From Utricularia gibba (lineage: Eukaryota; Plantae; Magnoliophyta): a DNA stretch of 64,000 nt. The notes under the pieces were generated by a model. The model was given only the letters and a program-made list of their open reading frames with translations. It was not told the origin of the DNA and did not search any database. The position numbers and the translations under genes were made by a program. Shown piece by piece: positions 51,653-63,860 of the stretch (position 1 is its first letter; every line of letters starts with the position of its first letter). The stretch is taken from NCBI GenBank assembly GCA_002189035.1, contig NEEC01000009.1, positions 2,170,001-2,234,000 of the forward strand, written 5' to 3'.

Positions 51653-53052
51653 ATGAGGTATGTAAAGATTTCATAGTTTTTAAGGTAAAGATTTGCGTTT
51701 TTCTTGAATAGTTTGTGGCGGTGACGGCGTTCTGATGCTTTTGCTTGATGCAGTCGGCAACCGGAGGTTTTGTGGGCGCAGCGCGCGGGGAAGTTGTACC
51801 TCACTGTGTCGCTCCCCGATGCGAAGGATGTTTCAATGAAATGCGCACCGGAGGGGTTGTTTAGTTTCTCTGCAGTGGGTGTCAATGGCGAAACCTTCTG
51901 CTTCAGTCTCCAGCTCTTCGGTAACATTGCCCCTGAGGTATAGCGCTTTTTACGTCTCGTATTTTGGGAATCTGTTTTTCTCGGCTTAGTTTGTGGAAAG
52001 TTCGTTCAATTGTGGCTGTGGATTTGTGTAGATCAACTAATAGGGATGCCGGAACGACTTGTGTAACTTGGATGTTGTGTAATTAGACACAATATGTTGA
52101 TCTAGTTTGTCGAACTATCAGCCTCTGCTCCTGAATTTCGACTTTTCTAGATTTTCTTTGACTTCGTGTTGGAGATGAAGTTGAATCACTCCCAAAAAGT
52201 GCATCTACTGGATAACCTTATGTTATGAGTCTGGTTTCTTTTGGCCATAGGGGAGGATGGTGTCTTGACTATACGATCAGGGATTGCTTATTGAATGCAG
52301 GATTGCAAGACAAAGATTGGTTTAAGGAATATATTTTGCACAATACAAAAGGAGAAAAAGGAATGGTGGAAAAGACTTCTTAAATCAGAAGAGCGGCCTG
52401 CCCCCTACATTAAGGTTGACTGGAACAGGTGGTGTGATGAGGATGACGAAGATTCAGAGTGTGAGCCTTGCTACCCATTCTTCCTTCTCTTTGCGGCATC
52501 CTTATTATTCCCTATATAATGTTCTTGTTATGCTTGTTAAATGTCAATATTTTTGTGGCGTGACGAGTTTTAGCATGTTTTGGGCCGTTCTATTCTGTTA
52601 GCTACATGGTAGACTCTCTGATAGTGTATACTTGCTACCTTTACTTCGTAATCGCCTCATTAACTTCTCTTTCATTTGATTGCTACTTGCAGCCAATGGC
52701 GATGATGATATTGAGGTAACCATCGAAACCGTGTTGCATCCCAATAGATGATATTCCCTGTGATCTTTGTTCCCAAATGGCCATTCTTGTCTCGATGTAG
52801 GACTCTGGTGATGGTGAGGACAGTGACGACGAAGGGATGCTTTGTGAGTACTTTCCCCCTTTTGCTTAGACACATTACCTCAATGCTGTGAACTGAACCA
52901 CAACGGAGAAGCATCCTCAGTTCTCAGAGGGAACAGCTTACACTAGACAAAGATGACAGCTTTGCTTCTACTCAGCTTCCCCATGTGCTTATCTCCTTCC
53001 CTTTGACACAATTGCAGATCTCCCAGATTTAGAGAAAGCTAGAGGAAATTGA
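51653..53052 (+). CDS. P23: Hsp90 co-chaperone p23 (p23-2-like)
   Basis: [27 protein letters not shown]; [29 protein letters not shown]; acidic tail; [11 protein letters not shown]. Includes a 23-nt micro-exon (52693-52715). Confidence 0.93.
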
Positions 53053-53543
53053 AGAAGATAGAAGAAGATGCTCATCCCCTCCATTCTCATTACTGGTGAT
53101 TTATCTCATAGCCTTGATGTCAAACCCGAAGGCACTTGAGCTTTTCTGGCCTGTTTTCCGTGTTCCTTTTCCTTTTCTCTTAGCAAGGGGGAGGTTTAAT
53201 GGGAAATCAGAGTTTCAAATGGATCGGATTCGAATTCAAGCAAAAAAGAAAATAAATAAATTCAATCCATAATTTACAATATTGGTTCTTTAAAATATAA
53301 ATAAAAAATTTAATGCATTTTTAACTTTTAAACCTAAAAATTAAAATGTAGTCCACATTTGAGAAATAGGCCAAATGGTAAATACTGAAAGGTTATGGAG
53401 CTAAATTAAGATAACCGAGATTTGAACCTAGTAAAATGTGGGCTGCAGGCTGCATCGAACATTAACTACAGAGAACGACGTTCCAAGTCGTCTGACTGAT
53501 GATCCCTCCGCTGTGATACGGCTGAAAGCTCGCAACGCCGGAA

Positions 53544-55994
53544 ATGAGCTTTGGCAACATTGTATATCTCAACATCGGTAATTTTTTCTGTCTTGATGCG
53601 TGTATTTATACGAGGAATTGGTGCTGAACTTTGCATTTTGATCCGCTGAGATATTTCGTTTGCTTCATATTGAAAGTTGAAAGCGTTCTGATTTTGAAGT
53701 TGTTGATTTGTAGTATTTTGGTTGTTTGTAATGAACCTGGGCGGTGATTGATTTGGGTGAGAATATTGCTGTTTTCTTTTCACTCTTTGGGAACTAGATT
53801 TGATCTTATAGATCCGTTGAATTGTCAATTGGGATTGGAGAATGAGGAGGGCTGGCGGGATGGCATGCTGGGGTGCTAGTCTGTATTTAACTTTGTTGTT
53901 GCAGTAAAAATACTTTCTAATGATTCTTTTTTAGGGGGCAAGAAATTTTGGACGACGGTTGATACCTTGACTCAACGTGAGCCAGATTCAATGCTGGCTG
54001 CTATGTTCAGCGGCCGTCATACAGTTCACCAAGACCCACAAACGGTTTGGACACTGCTGTGTACATCCTGTGATTTTTTAGGATCTCTAGCTCGTGGACA
54101 ATAATAGGAACCTAATATTTGTAAACTATGACCCTTGTGGCGATTCCAGTTTACCTGCGTGTATTCTGTATTTCTTACAGTAGCAAATTCTTAAGCCACC
54201 ACTGATTCTGATGCCAGATTTATTTTAATTCTTCGGTGTCTCTAAAGTGCTTACACTTATACTGGTGCAGGGATATGTTTTTGTTGACAGAGATGGAAAA
54301 CATTTTCGGCATATTTTGAATTGGTTGAGGGATGGTATAATTCCTTGCTTAGAGGAATCTCAATATCCAGAGCTTCTACGCGAAGCTGAGTTTTATCAGC
54401 TTCTTGTGAGCTACCTATTAATGAAATACTTGTTAGATTTTCGTTAATCCTTGCAGGGCGATTTGTTATGTTGATTTGTTTGCTTTTCTCTATAATGACT
54501 TCTTTAATGAGCCATGAGCATAACAATAATTATGGCGCCTAGTCCTCACTTATGCGCGCTTGTGTTTACTCCAGGGATTAATGGATGGTATTAAAGGATG
54601 TATGAATAAAAGGAAGGATGAAGACGAAATGGGAACTGAACTAAGCCGCACTGACATCATCAAATGCATACAGTCTAAGAGGGTCAGATTGCGTGGAGTG
54701 AATTTATCAGGCCTCGACATGTCCAAACTGGTATTATTGATCTTTCTTCTAAACTATTGTTGTTCTAGCATTCACCAGCACTTCCAACTCCATGAGATAT
54801 TGCTATCTATCATTTTTTCCTAAATAAATGCAGGATTTGTCATTTGTCGACTTCAGTTATGCATGCCTAAAGAATGTATTTTTTTCACGTGCAAATCTTC
54901 AGAGTGCAAAATTTAGGGTAGGGGCTCTCTCCTCTTCTACAATCAGCTAATAAATTGTCAAATGTTTAGACTCTATGATAATCTTGAGCATTCATCTCAC
55001 CAGTGTCCTCTAAACTGAGGCAGGATGTAGATGCTGAGACTTCCATTTTTCATAATGCCATTTTAAAAGAGTATGGCTAACCATTTTTACTTCATCATGA
55101 ATCTCAAAATGTATTTTTGTAATTAGTTTATCTTTTGCATGAAAGGTGTGAATTTACGGGAGCTAATCTTCGTGGGGCTGTCCTTGCTGGAGCCAATCTT
55201 CAGAGTGCAAATTTACAGGGTAATTCTTGGTAGATCTCATCTACTTGAAATCTGAAGTTAGACTAAGTAATTAGTTACTATGATTGTAACTGCACATACC
55301 GTTAAATTTTGTTTTTGTTTCTCATCAATCTCCATTTTTTTAACCAATCACAGATGCTTGTTTGGTCGACTGCAGCCTGTGCGGTGCAGATCTGCGTACG
55401 GCACATCTTCAGGTTCACTGCTGTACCTTAATTGGATCTTATATGTTTCCTCTAGCCCTTACTTTTTTTGTGATGAACCTTTGTGAGGTTCTTTTAAATG
55501 AAGGACATATCTCCTGAAATTCTTACAGAGTGCTGATCTTACAAATGCCAACCTAGAAGGAGCAAATCTCGAAGGAGCTAATCTAAAGGTCAAATCCCCT
55601 CAACCATTAGCCTTTGCTCGCTCATCGAGCAGGGAATTTTTTTGCCAAGTTTTTTTTTTTAAATCCTGAAATTTAGTGTATTAGAGTAATTTAAAGTATG
55701 TAGCAATGTACACCTACCTTAAATGGTTTACGGTGCTCTTCTCTCTAGGGTGCCAAGCTAACCAATGCAAATCTGAAAGGTGCAAATCTACAAAGGGCTT
55801 ATCTACGCCATGTCAATCTTCGTGAAACTGTAAGTCATCCTCCTGCAAGGAAATCCATGAAGACACTGTCTCTTTTATTCAGTGCTTCCGCAGATTCTGA
55901 GTATGGAAAAATCGAACATTCTTTTTTGCTTCCTTGACAGGACTTGGAAGGAGCCAGACTCGATGGTGCCAATCTACTTGGAGCCATCAGATGA
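53544..55994 (+). CDS. FIP2: FH-protein interacting protein FIP2 (BTB/POZ + pentapeptide repeats)
   Basis: VYLNI/GGKKFWTTVDTLTQREPDSMLAAMFSGRH; YVFVDRDGKHFRHILNWLRDG; repeated ANLxG/ADLxN pentapeptides; ends GANLLGAIR*. Confidence 0.93.
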
Positions 55995-56404
55995 TCCCTT
56001 TGTTTCATGAAACCGAACCAGGATGATGATCTCCACAGTGTCTTTACTTTCGTTTCCAGAAACCAGATTTTACTCATTGTTGCATTGCCTCCCACCAGAG
56101 AAGCATCGACTGCATTGTAAAACCAGTGCTCTGTGTACATGCTTTTGGAACTTCACTTGGTAACAACAGGTGGTGGAGTGTGGGCACAGATTCGGGCCAG
56201 TAATGGGCCCAACGCCCACACTTGGCCCAATATATCGACCCAAAGTACAATTGGTGGTGCCAATCCAATTGATTGATCGTACCGGCGAGGCCCAGGAGCT
56301 ATTGAATTCAACCACGTGAATGCCACCAACTTGAGAAAGGTGTGAAGGGGTATTTTGGTCAACGAAAGTGTCCAATATACGGTATGTGGGCCCCATACAA
56401 GATC

Positions 56405-56760
56405 TCTACCAACTTTTTTTTTCTTTTAATATACAAAAAAGAGACTTCTCATCAACCACCCCCGCCAGCTGAGAAAAAATACTAAAATCATCCAAAGTCA
56501 AAGAATGCTACAAAGAAAAAAGTAAGAAAATAATATAATAATAATAAATCATGAATTTTGGATGCTAAAATTAACCTAGTTTTATTTCAGTATGGTTTTT
56601 TTTTTTTGCGAAACGGTAATAATTTGATTTACTGTGCCAGCAAGTTGGGTTAGCTCGCGGTAGGTAAGAGTCCAAGGTTGGAGATAGATCCACGCGCGTG
56701 GAGTCGCGCGTGACATACATACGAGTGCAACGCCGATTCCTACTCGCTCTATAAATTCAT
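56405..56760 (+). promoter_or_regulatory. Met-synthase proximal promoter: AC (MYB) elements, CGCG boxes and TATA
   Basis: CTACCAAC at ~56406, GGTAGGT (reverse complement ACCTACC) at 56659, CACGCGCGTG at 56691, TATAAAT at ~56750, then a CT-rich leader and an intron starting at ~56856. Confidence 0.5.
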
Positions 56761-57564
56761 TCTTTCACCCATTTCGAGAGCTCGCGTCCTGCCTCTTCTG
56801 CCATCTTTTCTATCTTCACCCAGCCCCCCTTCTGTTCCGTCATCCCAATTGTAAGGTGAGGTATGCATTCATCCCTCTGTCATCTTATTTCATTGGTTGC
56901 GGTTGCTCGCTATGCTGATCTGCTTCTGTTTCTGTCGTTTCTGCGTCGGGAAACTGCTTGTTTCTTATTTTATAATCTAACTTCATGGAGTTGTCGCGTC
57001 GTTGACTTAGATCTAAGGGTGAGAGTATGATTTTGGAGTTTTTGAATGACCCAAATGGTGTTTGAATGCGCGGTGATGTGTGTATGCGGGATCTTTGTGA
57101 ATGCGATGTCTTGGGAGTAAAAGAGTGGATCTTGATCTGGATTTGGATCGTTAGATCTGGGATAATGAAGCTGTTCCGCATCTTCAGTAGTTTTAAATCT
57201 ATCGTGTATCGTCTCCGCTCATCCTTTTAGCGTACATGATTTGATCTTGATCTGGACTCTGTTGTTGTTTTAACTTAATGATCTTTTTCTGATTGGAAAC
57301 TTGGATCAGTTTGTGCGCATTTCATGTTTCATTCCAATGATTTTTTTTTTTAATTTTGTAGTATTTGGGATTCAAAAGTTTGTCTTTTTTTGTTTATGAA
57401 TGCGATGAAGGACATCGGCCAACCTTAGTTATGAATGCGGTCAACGACCATTAACTGAAAGACAACCTTCAGAAGAAAACTTTTATCTTTATGAATGCGA
57501 CTAGTTTTCTTCCCTCATTGTCTTTTTCCTGAGTTCCACTAATGTGTTTTCTTCTGTCAGTAGA

Positions 57565-60500
57565 ATGGCATCGCACATTGTTGGATATCCCCGTGTGGGC
57601 CCAAAGAGAGAGCTGAAGTTTGCTCTTGAGTCTTTCTGGGATGGAAAAAGCAGTGCTGAAGATTTGCTAGCGGTGTCCGTTGATCTCCGGGCTTCTATTT
57701 GGAAGCAGATGTCTCATGCTGGGATCAAGTACATCCCAAGCAACACATTCTCATATTATGATCAGGTGCTTGACACAACTGCAATGCTCGGTGCGGTTCC
57801 ACCAAGATATGGCTGGACTGGAGGGGAAATTGGCTTCAGTACCTACTTCTCTATGGCTAGAGGAAATGCCTCGGTTCCTGCTATGGAGATGACCAAATGG
57901 TTCGACACAAACTAGTAAGTGATGCGGCCCCTTGATCATAGAGTATGCCATTCAATTCTTTATTCACGAGTTAAATCTTTTTTTTTTTTGCAGCCATTAT
58001 ATTGTTCCAGAATTGGGTCCTGACGTGAAGTTTTCCTATGCTTCTCACAAGGCTGTTAATGAATACACAGAGGCAAAAGCGGTATGCTCTATTTTAGTAT
58101 AAGCTGGGCAGAATATTATCTGATTCCTCAAATGCTTACTACATGCTTCCTAATTATGTTTTTTATGATGTCGGATGCAGCTCGGTGTTGACACTGTACC
58201 AGTGCTTGTTGGCCCTGTGACTTATTTGTTGCTCTCCAAACCAGCCAAGGGTGTAGAGAAAACTTTCTCTCTTCTTTCCCTGTTGGACAAGATTCTCCCA
58301 GTCTACAAGTATTGGATAGTTGGTTCTTTTATCAGCATGCATGCATTCCAAATTTTGTATGAATGATTTTTTAGTTAAACGAGCAAATTTTGCAGGGAAG
58401 TGATTTCAGAGCTGAAGGCAGCTGGTGCTTCTTGGATCCAGTTTGATGAGCCAACCTTAGTTATGGATCTTGAGTCTCATCAGTTGGAAGCATTTACTAA
58501 GGCCTATGATGAACTTGAGTCATCATTATCTGGTGTTAATGTTCTAGTTGAAACTTATTTTTCCGATTTGCCTGAAGCTGCATACAAAACACTTACATCA
58601 CTAAGTGGTGTTTCTGGATTTGGCTTTGACTTGGTCCGTGGAACAAAGTCTCTTGATTTGATCAAGGGTTCATTTCCTGCTGGAAAGTATCTTTTTGCCG
58701 GAGTTGTGGATGGTAGGAACATATGGGCTAATGATCTGAGCTCATCTCTTGCCACTTTGAAGTCTCTTGAGAGCATTGTAGGAAAGGGTATATGTTCTTC
58801 TTATTCTTACACTTACTCAGTTTCTTCCGTTTGTGGTTAAAATGGTTTATTTTATTGCACTGATTATGTGTTATTGCATCCTTCTTCAGACAAGCTGGTC
58901 GTGTCCACCTCTTGCTCACTTCTCCACACCGCTGTTGATCTTGTGAATGAACCAAAACTCGACAAAGAAATCAAATCTTGGCTTGCATTTGCAGCTCAGA
59001 AGATTGTTGAAGTAAATGCTCTTGCCAAGGCTTTGGCTGGAGAGAAAGATGAGGTATATCTGGGTCCAAATGAAACCCCATGCATTATCTTTCATAGTGT
59101 CTTATTTGTTCTGATGCATATACTGATTATTCCTCTAATCCTTGATGCTGCAGGAGTTTTTCTCTGCCAATGCAGAAGCGCAGGCTTCCAGGAAGTCTTC
59201 TCCCAGGGTGAATAACGAAGCAGTTCAGAAAGCTGTATGTCCAATGTTTTGAATCTTTGATAATGAGATACATCATTGCGTCTTAACCATCCATCCTTTT
59301 ATTCGACCAGGCTGCTGCTTTGAAGGGTTCTGATCATCGCCGTGCTACTAATGTTAATGCAAGGCTTGATGCGCAACAAAAGAAGCTCAACCTCCCAATT
59401 CTGCCAACTACAACTATTGGTTCATTCCCTCAGACAGTGGAACTTAGAAGAGTGCGACGTGAATACAAGGCAAAAAAGTAAGTTTTTTTGGCTTGCTATT
59501 TTCTGTGAATCTTTGGCCAATCCATAAAAAAATCATAACTTGTTCTTCTTTTTCTTAATGTAGGATCTCTGAGGAAGAATACATCAGCTCTATCAAGCAG
59601 GAGATTCGCAAAGTTGTTGAACTTCAAGAGGAGCTGGACATCGATGTCCTTGTTCATGGAGAGCCTGAGGTTTGCCATTTTTTTTCTTGACTAGCACACC
59701 TAGCCACAACACCACTCGAACATACGGATGCACAAACTCACCGCTTCAAATCGCCCTGTTCTTGTAGAGAAACGACATGGTTGAGTACTTCGGTGAGCAA
59801 CTCTCTGGGTTTGCCTTCACTGCCAATGGATGGGTTCAGTCATATGGATCTCGATGTGTTAAGCCGCCAATCATCTACGGGGACGTCAGCCGCCCCAATC
59901 CCATGACCGTTTTCTGGTCCAGTGCCGCCCAGAGCTTCACCAAACGCCCAATGAAGGGGATGCTTACCGGCCCTGTAACCATTCTCAACTGGTCCTTTGT
60001 GAGAAACGACCAACCAAGGTACTGAGCCTGAGTGCTCCAACTGAACAGATGAATTGGTTTACCAGTGATGCTAAGTGCCATTGTTTCTTCAATTTCCAAG
60101 GTTCGAAACCTGCTATCAGATTGCGCTGGCGATCAAGGACGAAGTCGAGGATCTCGAGAAGGCTGGCATCACCGTCATCCAGATCGACGAAGCTGCACTG
60201 AGAGAAGGGCTGCCACTGAGGAAGTCCGAGCACGCCTTCTATCTCGACTGGGCCGTTCATTCCTTCCGGATCACCAACTCCGGAGTCCAGGACACCACGC
60301 AGGTGATGTGTGCTCCCTTTCATCTTCACCCTTTAGAACTCAGAGTCATCATTATCATCTGCATTCTCATTGGTTGAAATGCTGAAACTGCAGATCCACA
60401 CCCACATGTGCTACTCCAACTTCAACGACATCATCCACTCCATCATCAACATGGATGCCGATGTGATCACCATCGAGAACTCCCGCTCCGACGAGAAGCT

Positions 60501-60762
60501 CCTCTCGGTGTTCCGCGAGGGAGTCAAGTACGGCGCCGGAATCGGTCCAGGAGTCTACGACATTCACTCCCCAAGAATCCCCTCCACGGACGAGATCGCA
60601 GAGAGGATCAACAAGATGCTCGCTGTTCTTGAGACCAACATCCTCTGGGTGAACCCCGACTGCGGCCTCAAGACCCGCAAGTACGCCGAGGTGAAGCCTG
60701 CCCTGGAGAACATGGTGGCTGCGGCCAAGCTCCTCCGCTCCCAGCTCGCCAGCGCCAAGTAA
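57565..60762 (+). CDS. MS1: Cobalamin-independent methionine synthase
   Basis: [25 protein letters not shown]; [11 protein letters not shown]; [12 protein letters not shown]; [14 protein letters not shown]; [17 protein letters not shown]; [13 protein letters not shown]; HTHMCYS and [11 protein letters not shown] (Zn ligands). Confidence 0.98.
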
Positions 60763-61656
60763 GAGGCGAAGCAAAAGGAAAGCAGTCCCCAGGCAGCGTC
60801 TCTTCTACCATTTCCCCCTTGTAGTTTTTCCCTTGGTATAAATTTTGATTTGGTTTGTTTTGGTGTTTGTCGTTTTGTTCTCTAATTACTGTTTAGTGGG
60901 CCGCTCTTTACACCCATTTATCCAATTGGTTTTGGGCCTCTTGTTGTTTTAGGCCCAAATATGGCCCAGATGCTAACGCCTTTATAATTAATTAATTTTC
61001 AATAAATTAATCTGATAATGTTATACTATTTAATTCTATTTTAATTTACGAATAAAAATAAAATGATTTAAGAAATTGGTCCAAAGGTGTCTGTGATTCC
61101 CTTTGGCTGGCCTGGCCATACACAAGATGCCGAGGTAGAGAGGAGAGAATACACAAAAGTGGGCGAGTCCGGGAAGAAGACAAACAGCAGAGAACACGCA
61201 AATTAGCAGCTTTTTTTCTCTCCACAAGACATGACAACGTGGTTCTTTGTATTCCATCTTCTTGCCATTTTCTCATTTCTTTCCTATTCCCTTTCTCATC
61301 ATCTTCCTCAATAACACTTTTTTAGTAACTTCAAAATGCAACGGAACCAAAATATAAAACAAGGAATCACCTTTGACAAGTTGAGTCCAATTCAGTTGAG
61401 AGTTCTGTAGCTCCATCTGGAGCCAATGAAGAGTGAGTACCTGAAAAAGCATAAGCGCTTGTATGGTTACTACAATAATGTGGGCTGGGTGGTCACGGTG
61501 AGATGGATCCCGACACATGAATAAGTTAATTGCTCAGTATTTTTTGTCTCCATGGAGAACCAAGAATTTAAGCACGGGTCTGCACTGCAGGGATTCTCCC
61601 ATGGCTCACTCACACAGTGATAATTGCTCAATCATAGAGAAAAGAAAGGGGAGATA

Positions 61657-61764
61657 GTGGGGAGTCTGGAATGGAGACTGATCCAAGATCTTGCTTCTTC
61701 TGCTTCCTCTGAAGAAGGGAAGAATGAATTGTTTAATGATCTCGGACCAGGCTTCATTCCCCAC
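61657..61764 (+). ncRNA. MIR166: MIR166 precursor hairpin
   Basis: Exact mature miR166 TCGGACCAGGCTTCATTCCCC at 61742-61762. The complementary arm GGAATGGAGACTGATCCAAGATC (61668-61690) pairs with 61738-61760 (1 G:U, 3 mismatches). Confidence 0.95.
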
Positions 61765-62388
61765 GCCCATTTATCTGTAATCAGATCATCTGGTTTCCTT
61801 CCTTCTGGTAAATGAGTTCACTCACCTTGTTCGTGTCCGCGGTCAGCACTAACATGACATCTTCTTCTTTCATCATTCAGTGTGATCATTGCTTGTAAGA
61901 ATATCAGCATGATACTACCATTGCTCTTCTATCCTATCGCAGCACTGCATGATTAATCAATTCCCACGGCTCCAAGGAAGCAACAGAGTCATTTGCGAGT
62001 GCGTCTTCCTCTCGCTTCTACTGATTCTCTCTCCGTTGCAAGCTTGACTCTTGTCGGTGATCGGAGACACGGATGCGGCCACCGGGGCCTCGATGTCTAG
62101 CGGTGATCGGAAACTTGTTAAAGATTGATCCTGAAAGAACCCACGTTTGTTCATGAACGCCTTACCAAAACAGAAGATAAGCAAGCTATAATAGTGTAAT
62201 ATGTAGTCAATAATTTTGCTCGCGAAAGCAATAAATACGAAATTGCGTACCGATGAATTTGAGATTTCGCGATTCCCAAACTCTTCCGGCAAGAATTCCG
62301 TTTCTCCAAGGCAAAGATTTCTGCTGAAATTTCCACCAGAATCGGAATCGGAGGCGTAAGTTTCTATTAGACGCTGCTTTATTGAGAA

Positions 62389-63860
62389 ATGGCTGGTAAG
62401 GAACTCGAAAATCCGGCGCACGTCGCGGTATCCGATAACGAGAGTGACGATGACGACAATATTCCGGCGCTGAGCTCTGAAGCTATCGCTGCGCTCAAGG
62501 AGTTTCTGGCGGAGCAGAATGGGGAGCTTACTGCGACGGAGGATGCAGAGGAAGTGGTATTGGTGGCGGAGGACTGGAGACTCAGCCAATTCTGGTACGA
62601 CCGCCGCACCGCTGAAACTATGGCCGCGGAGGTGGTGGCTCTGTGTGAAAATCTCGATTCTCCTCAAATCGCCTGCATTGCTTGTCCTACGCTTTACGCC
62701 TATCTCAAGGTAATTCGATCAACTTCTGCTATTCAGGGTTCTGATACTAGGGTTTAACAAGGTACTGTTTTCAATGCACCACGTACATCACTTTTCTTGC
62801 TTGCTCCTCTTGTTTTTTTGCCCTGCTCTTCATTCTTTAGAGTAGAATCAATGTACACTGGCATGAATTGGTACCAGATTTCTAGACAATCGGTGTTTCC
62901 TTAGGCCATTTCTGTGTGCAGAAAATTGCACCGGAGTTGGCTGTACAGCTTCTGGAGTATGATAATAGGTTTGAGTGCTATGGATCCGAGTTCACTTTCT
63001 ACGACTATCACGAGCCGGAGAAGCTTCCATTGTCATTGAAGGGGACGTTCCCGATTGTTGTCGCTGATCCACCTTACCTGGTACGTCTATTACCAGATAC
63101 CTTGAGGGATAGAGCTACCTATCTTATAGGAAAAAAGCTGTGATACTGTGTTGTGAAGTGATTTTGTAGGCCTTTTCTTCAAATGTACTTGTACATTATG
63201 ATTACTTGGCAGTTTTCATGGGGCATCAAATCCTTAACTGAACTGGGAAATTCCTATTTTTGGTTGTCAGTGCTTGAGGTTTGAACCTTTAATCTGATGA
63301 ATACCAACTATAAACAAGATGAATCCCTAGGATTGATCTAGATATTAGTTATTCATGCCGCCAGGGTATTTTTAAGCTTTAAATGGATTAGATGTGACAT
63401 GTGTTCCAGCTTTCAAACGCTTGAGTGCTGACACTTCAAGTGATGAGTGTGTTTTCAGAGCAAGGAGTGTTTGGAAAAAGTCGCAGAGACCATAAGATAT
63501 CTGGCTAAACCAGGGGAGTCTCACATAATTCTCCTTACAGGTAGAGTTATGCATCTTTCTGTTTCTCTGGAAAGCAAATATTTTTACATCTCTAGTCATG
63601 CACCTATCCTAACATGATCCATCCCCTCGAATGCTAAATGAAATGATCTTCTCAGAAACAGAAGTATACAACTGTTTCTGAGCATTTAGTCATATTGTTT
63701 CATATCCCTACCAGGTGAAGTGCAGAAGCATTTAGCTGCAGAACTTTTGGGCCTGCGACCCTGTGGTTTTCGGCCACAGCACTCCAGCAAACTTGGCAAT
63801 GAGTTTCGTGTTTTTACAAGCTATGATCCGGTGAATAGACTGGATGGCTGGGAAACATGA
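62389..63860 (+). CDS. EEF1AKMT1: EEF1A lysine methyltransferase 1 (N6AMT2/Efm5 family)
   Basis: [12 protein letters not shown]; [11 protein letters not shown]; [10 protein letters not shown]; LLEYDNRF; FYDYHEP; VVADPPYL / SKECLEK...LLTG / ...[21 protein letters not shown]; 4 exons. Confidence 0.94.

Noticed and set aside
53467-53475. TACAGAGAA (METTL16/FIONA1 nonamer) in the FIP2 leader
   Set aside because: A single 9-mer is expected by chance in 128 kb of both strands. No hairpin, and not in a SAM-pathway gene.
60367-60774. Antisense ORFs over GC-rich exons (also at 26455-26886, 27379-27813, 18548-18766)
   Set aside because: Expected by-product of high GC3 on the coding strand.
61327-61825. 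Apparent spliced antisense transcript through MIR166 (would be a perfect miR166 decoy)
   Set aside because: The candidate introns are only ~46-51 nt, too short to trust. There is no other evidence.
61957-62667. 236-aa minus-strand ORF
   Set aside because: Half of it is antisense to GC-rich EEF1AKMT1 exon 1, it has no recognisable domain and it starts at a non-ATG-like position. It looks like a shadow ORF.
28428-63860. Apparent functional clusters: Hsp90 co-chaperones (Aha1-N, p23), methylation genes (MBD2, MS, EEF1AKMT1), cell-wall genes (PMEs, GT, MSR)
   Set aside because: They are interspersed with unrelated housekeeping genes and largely explained by ancestral synteny and compaction. No pathway logic of a biosynthetic gene cluster.
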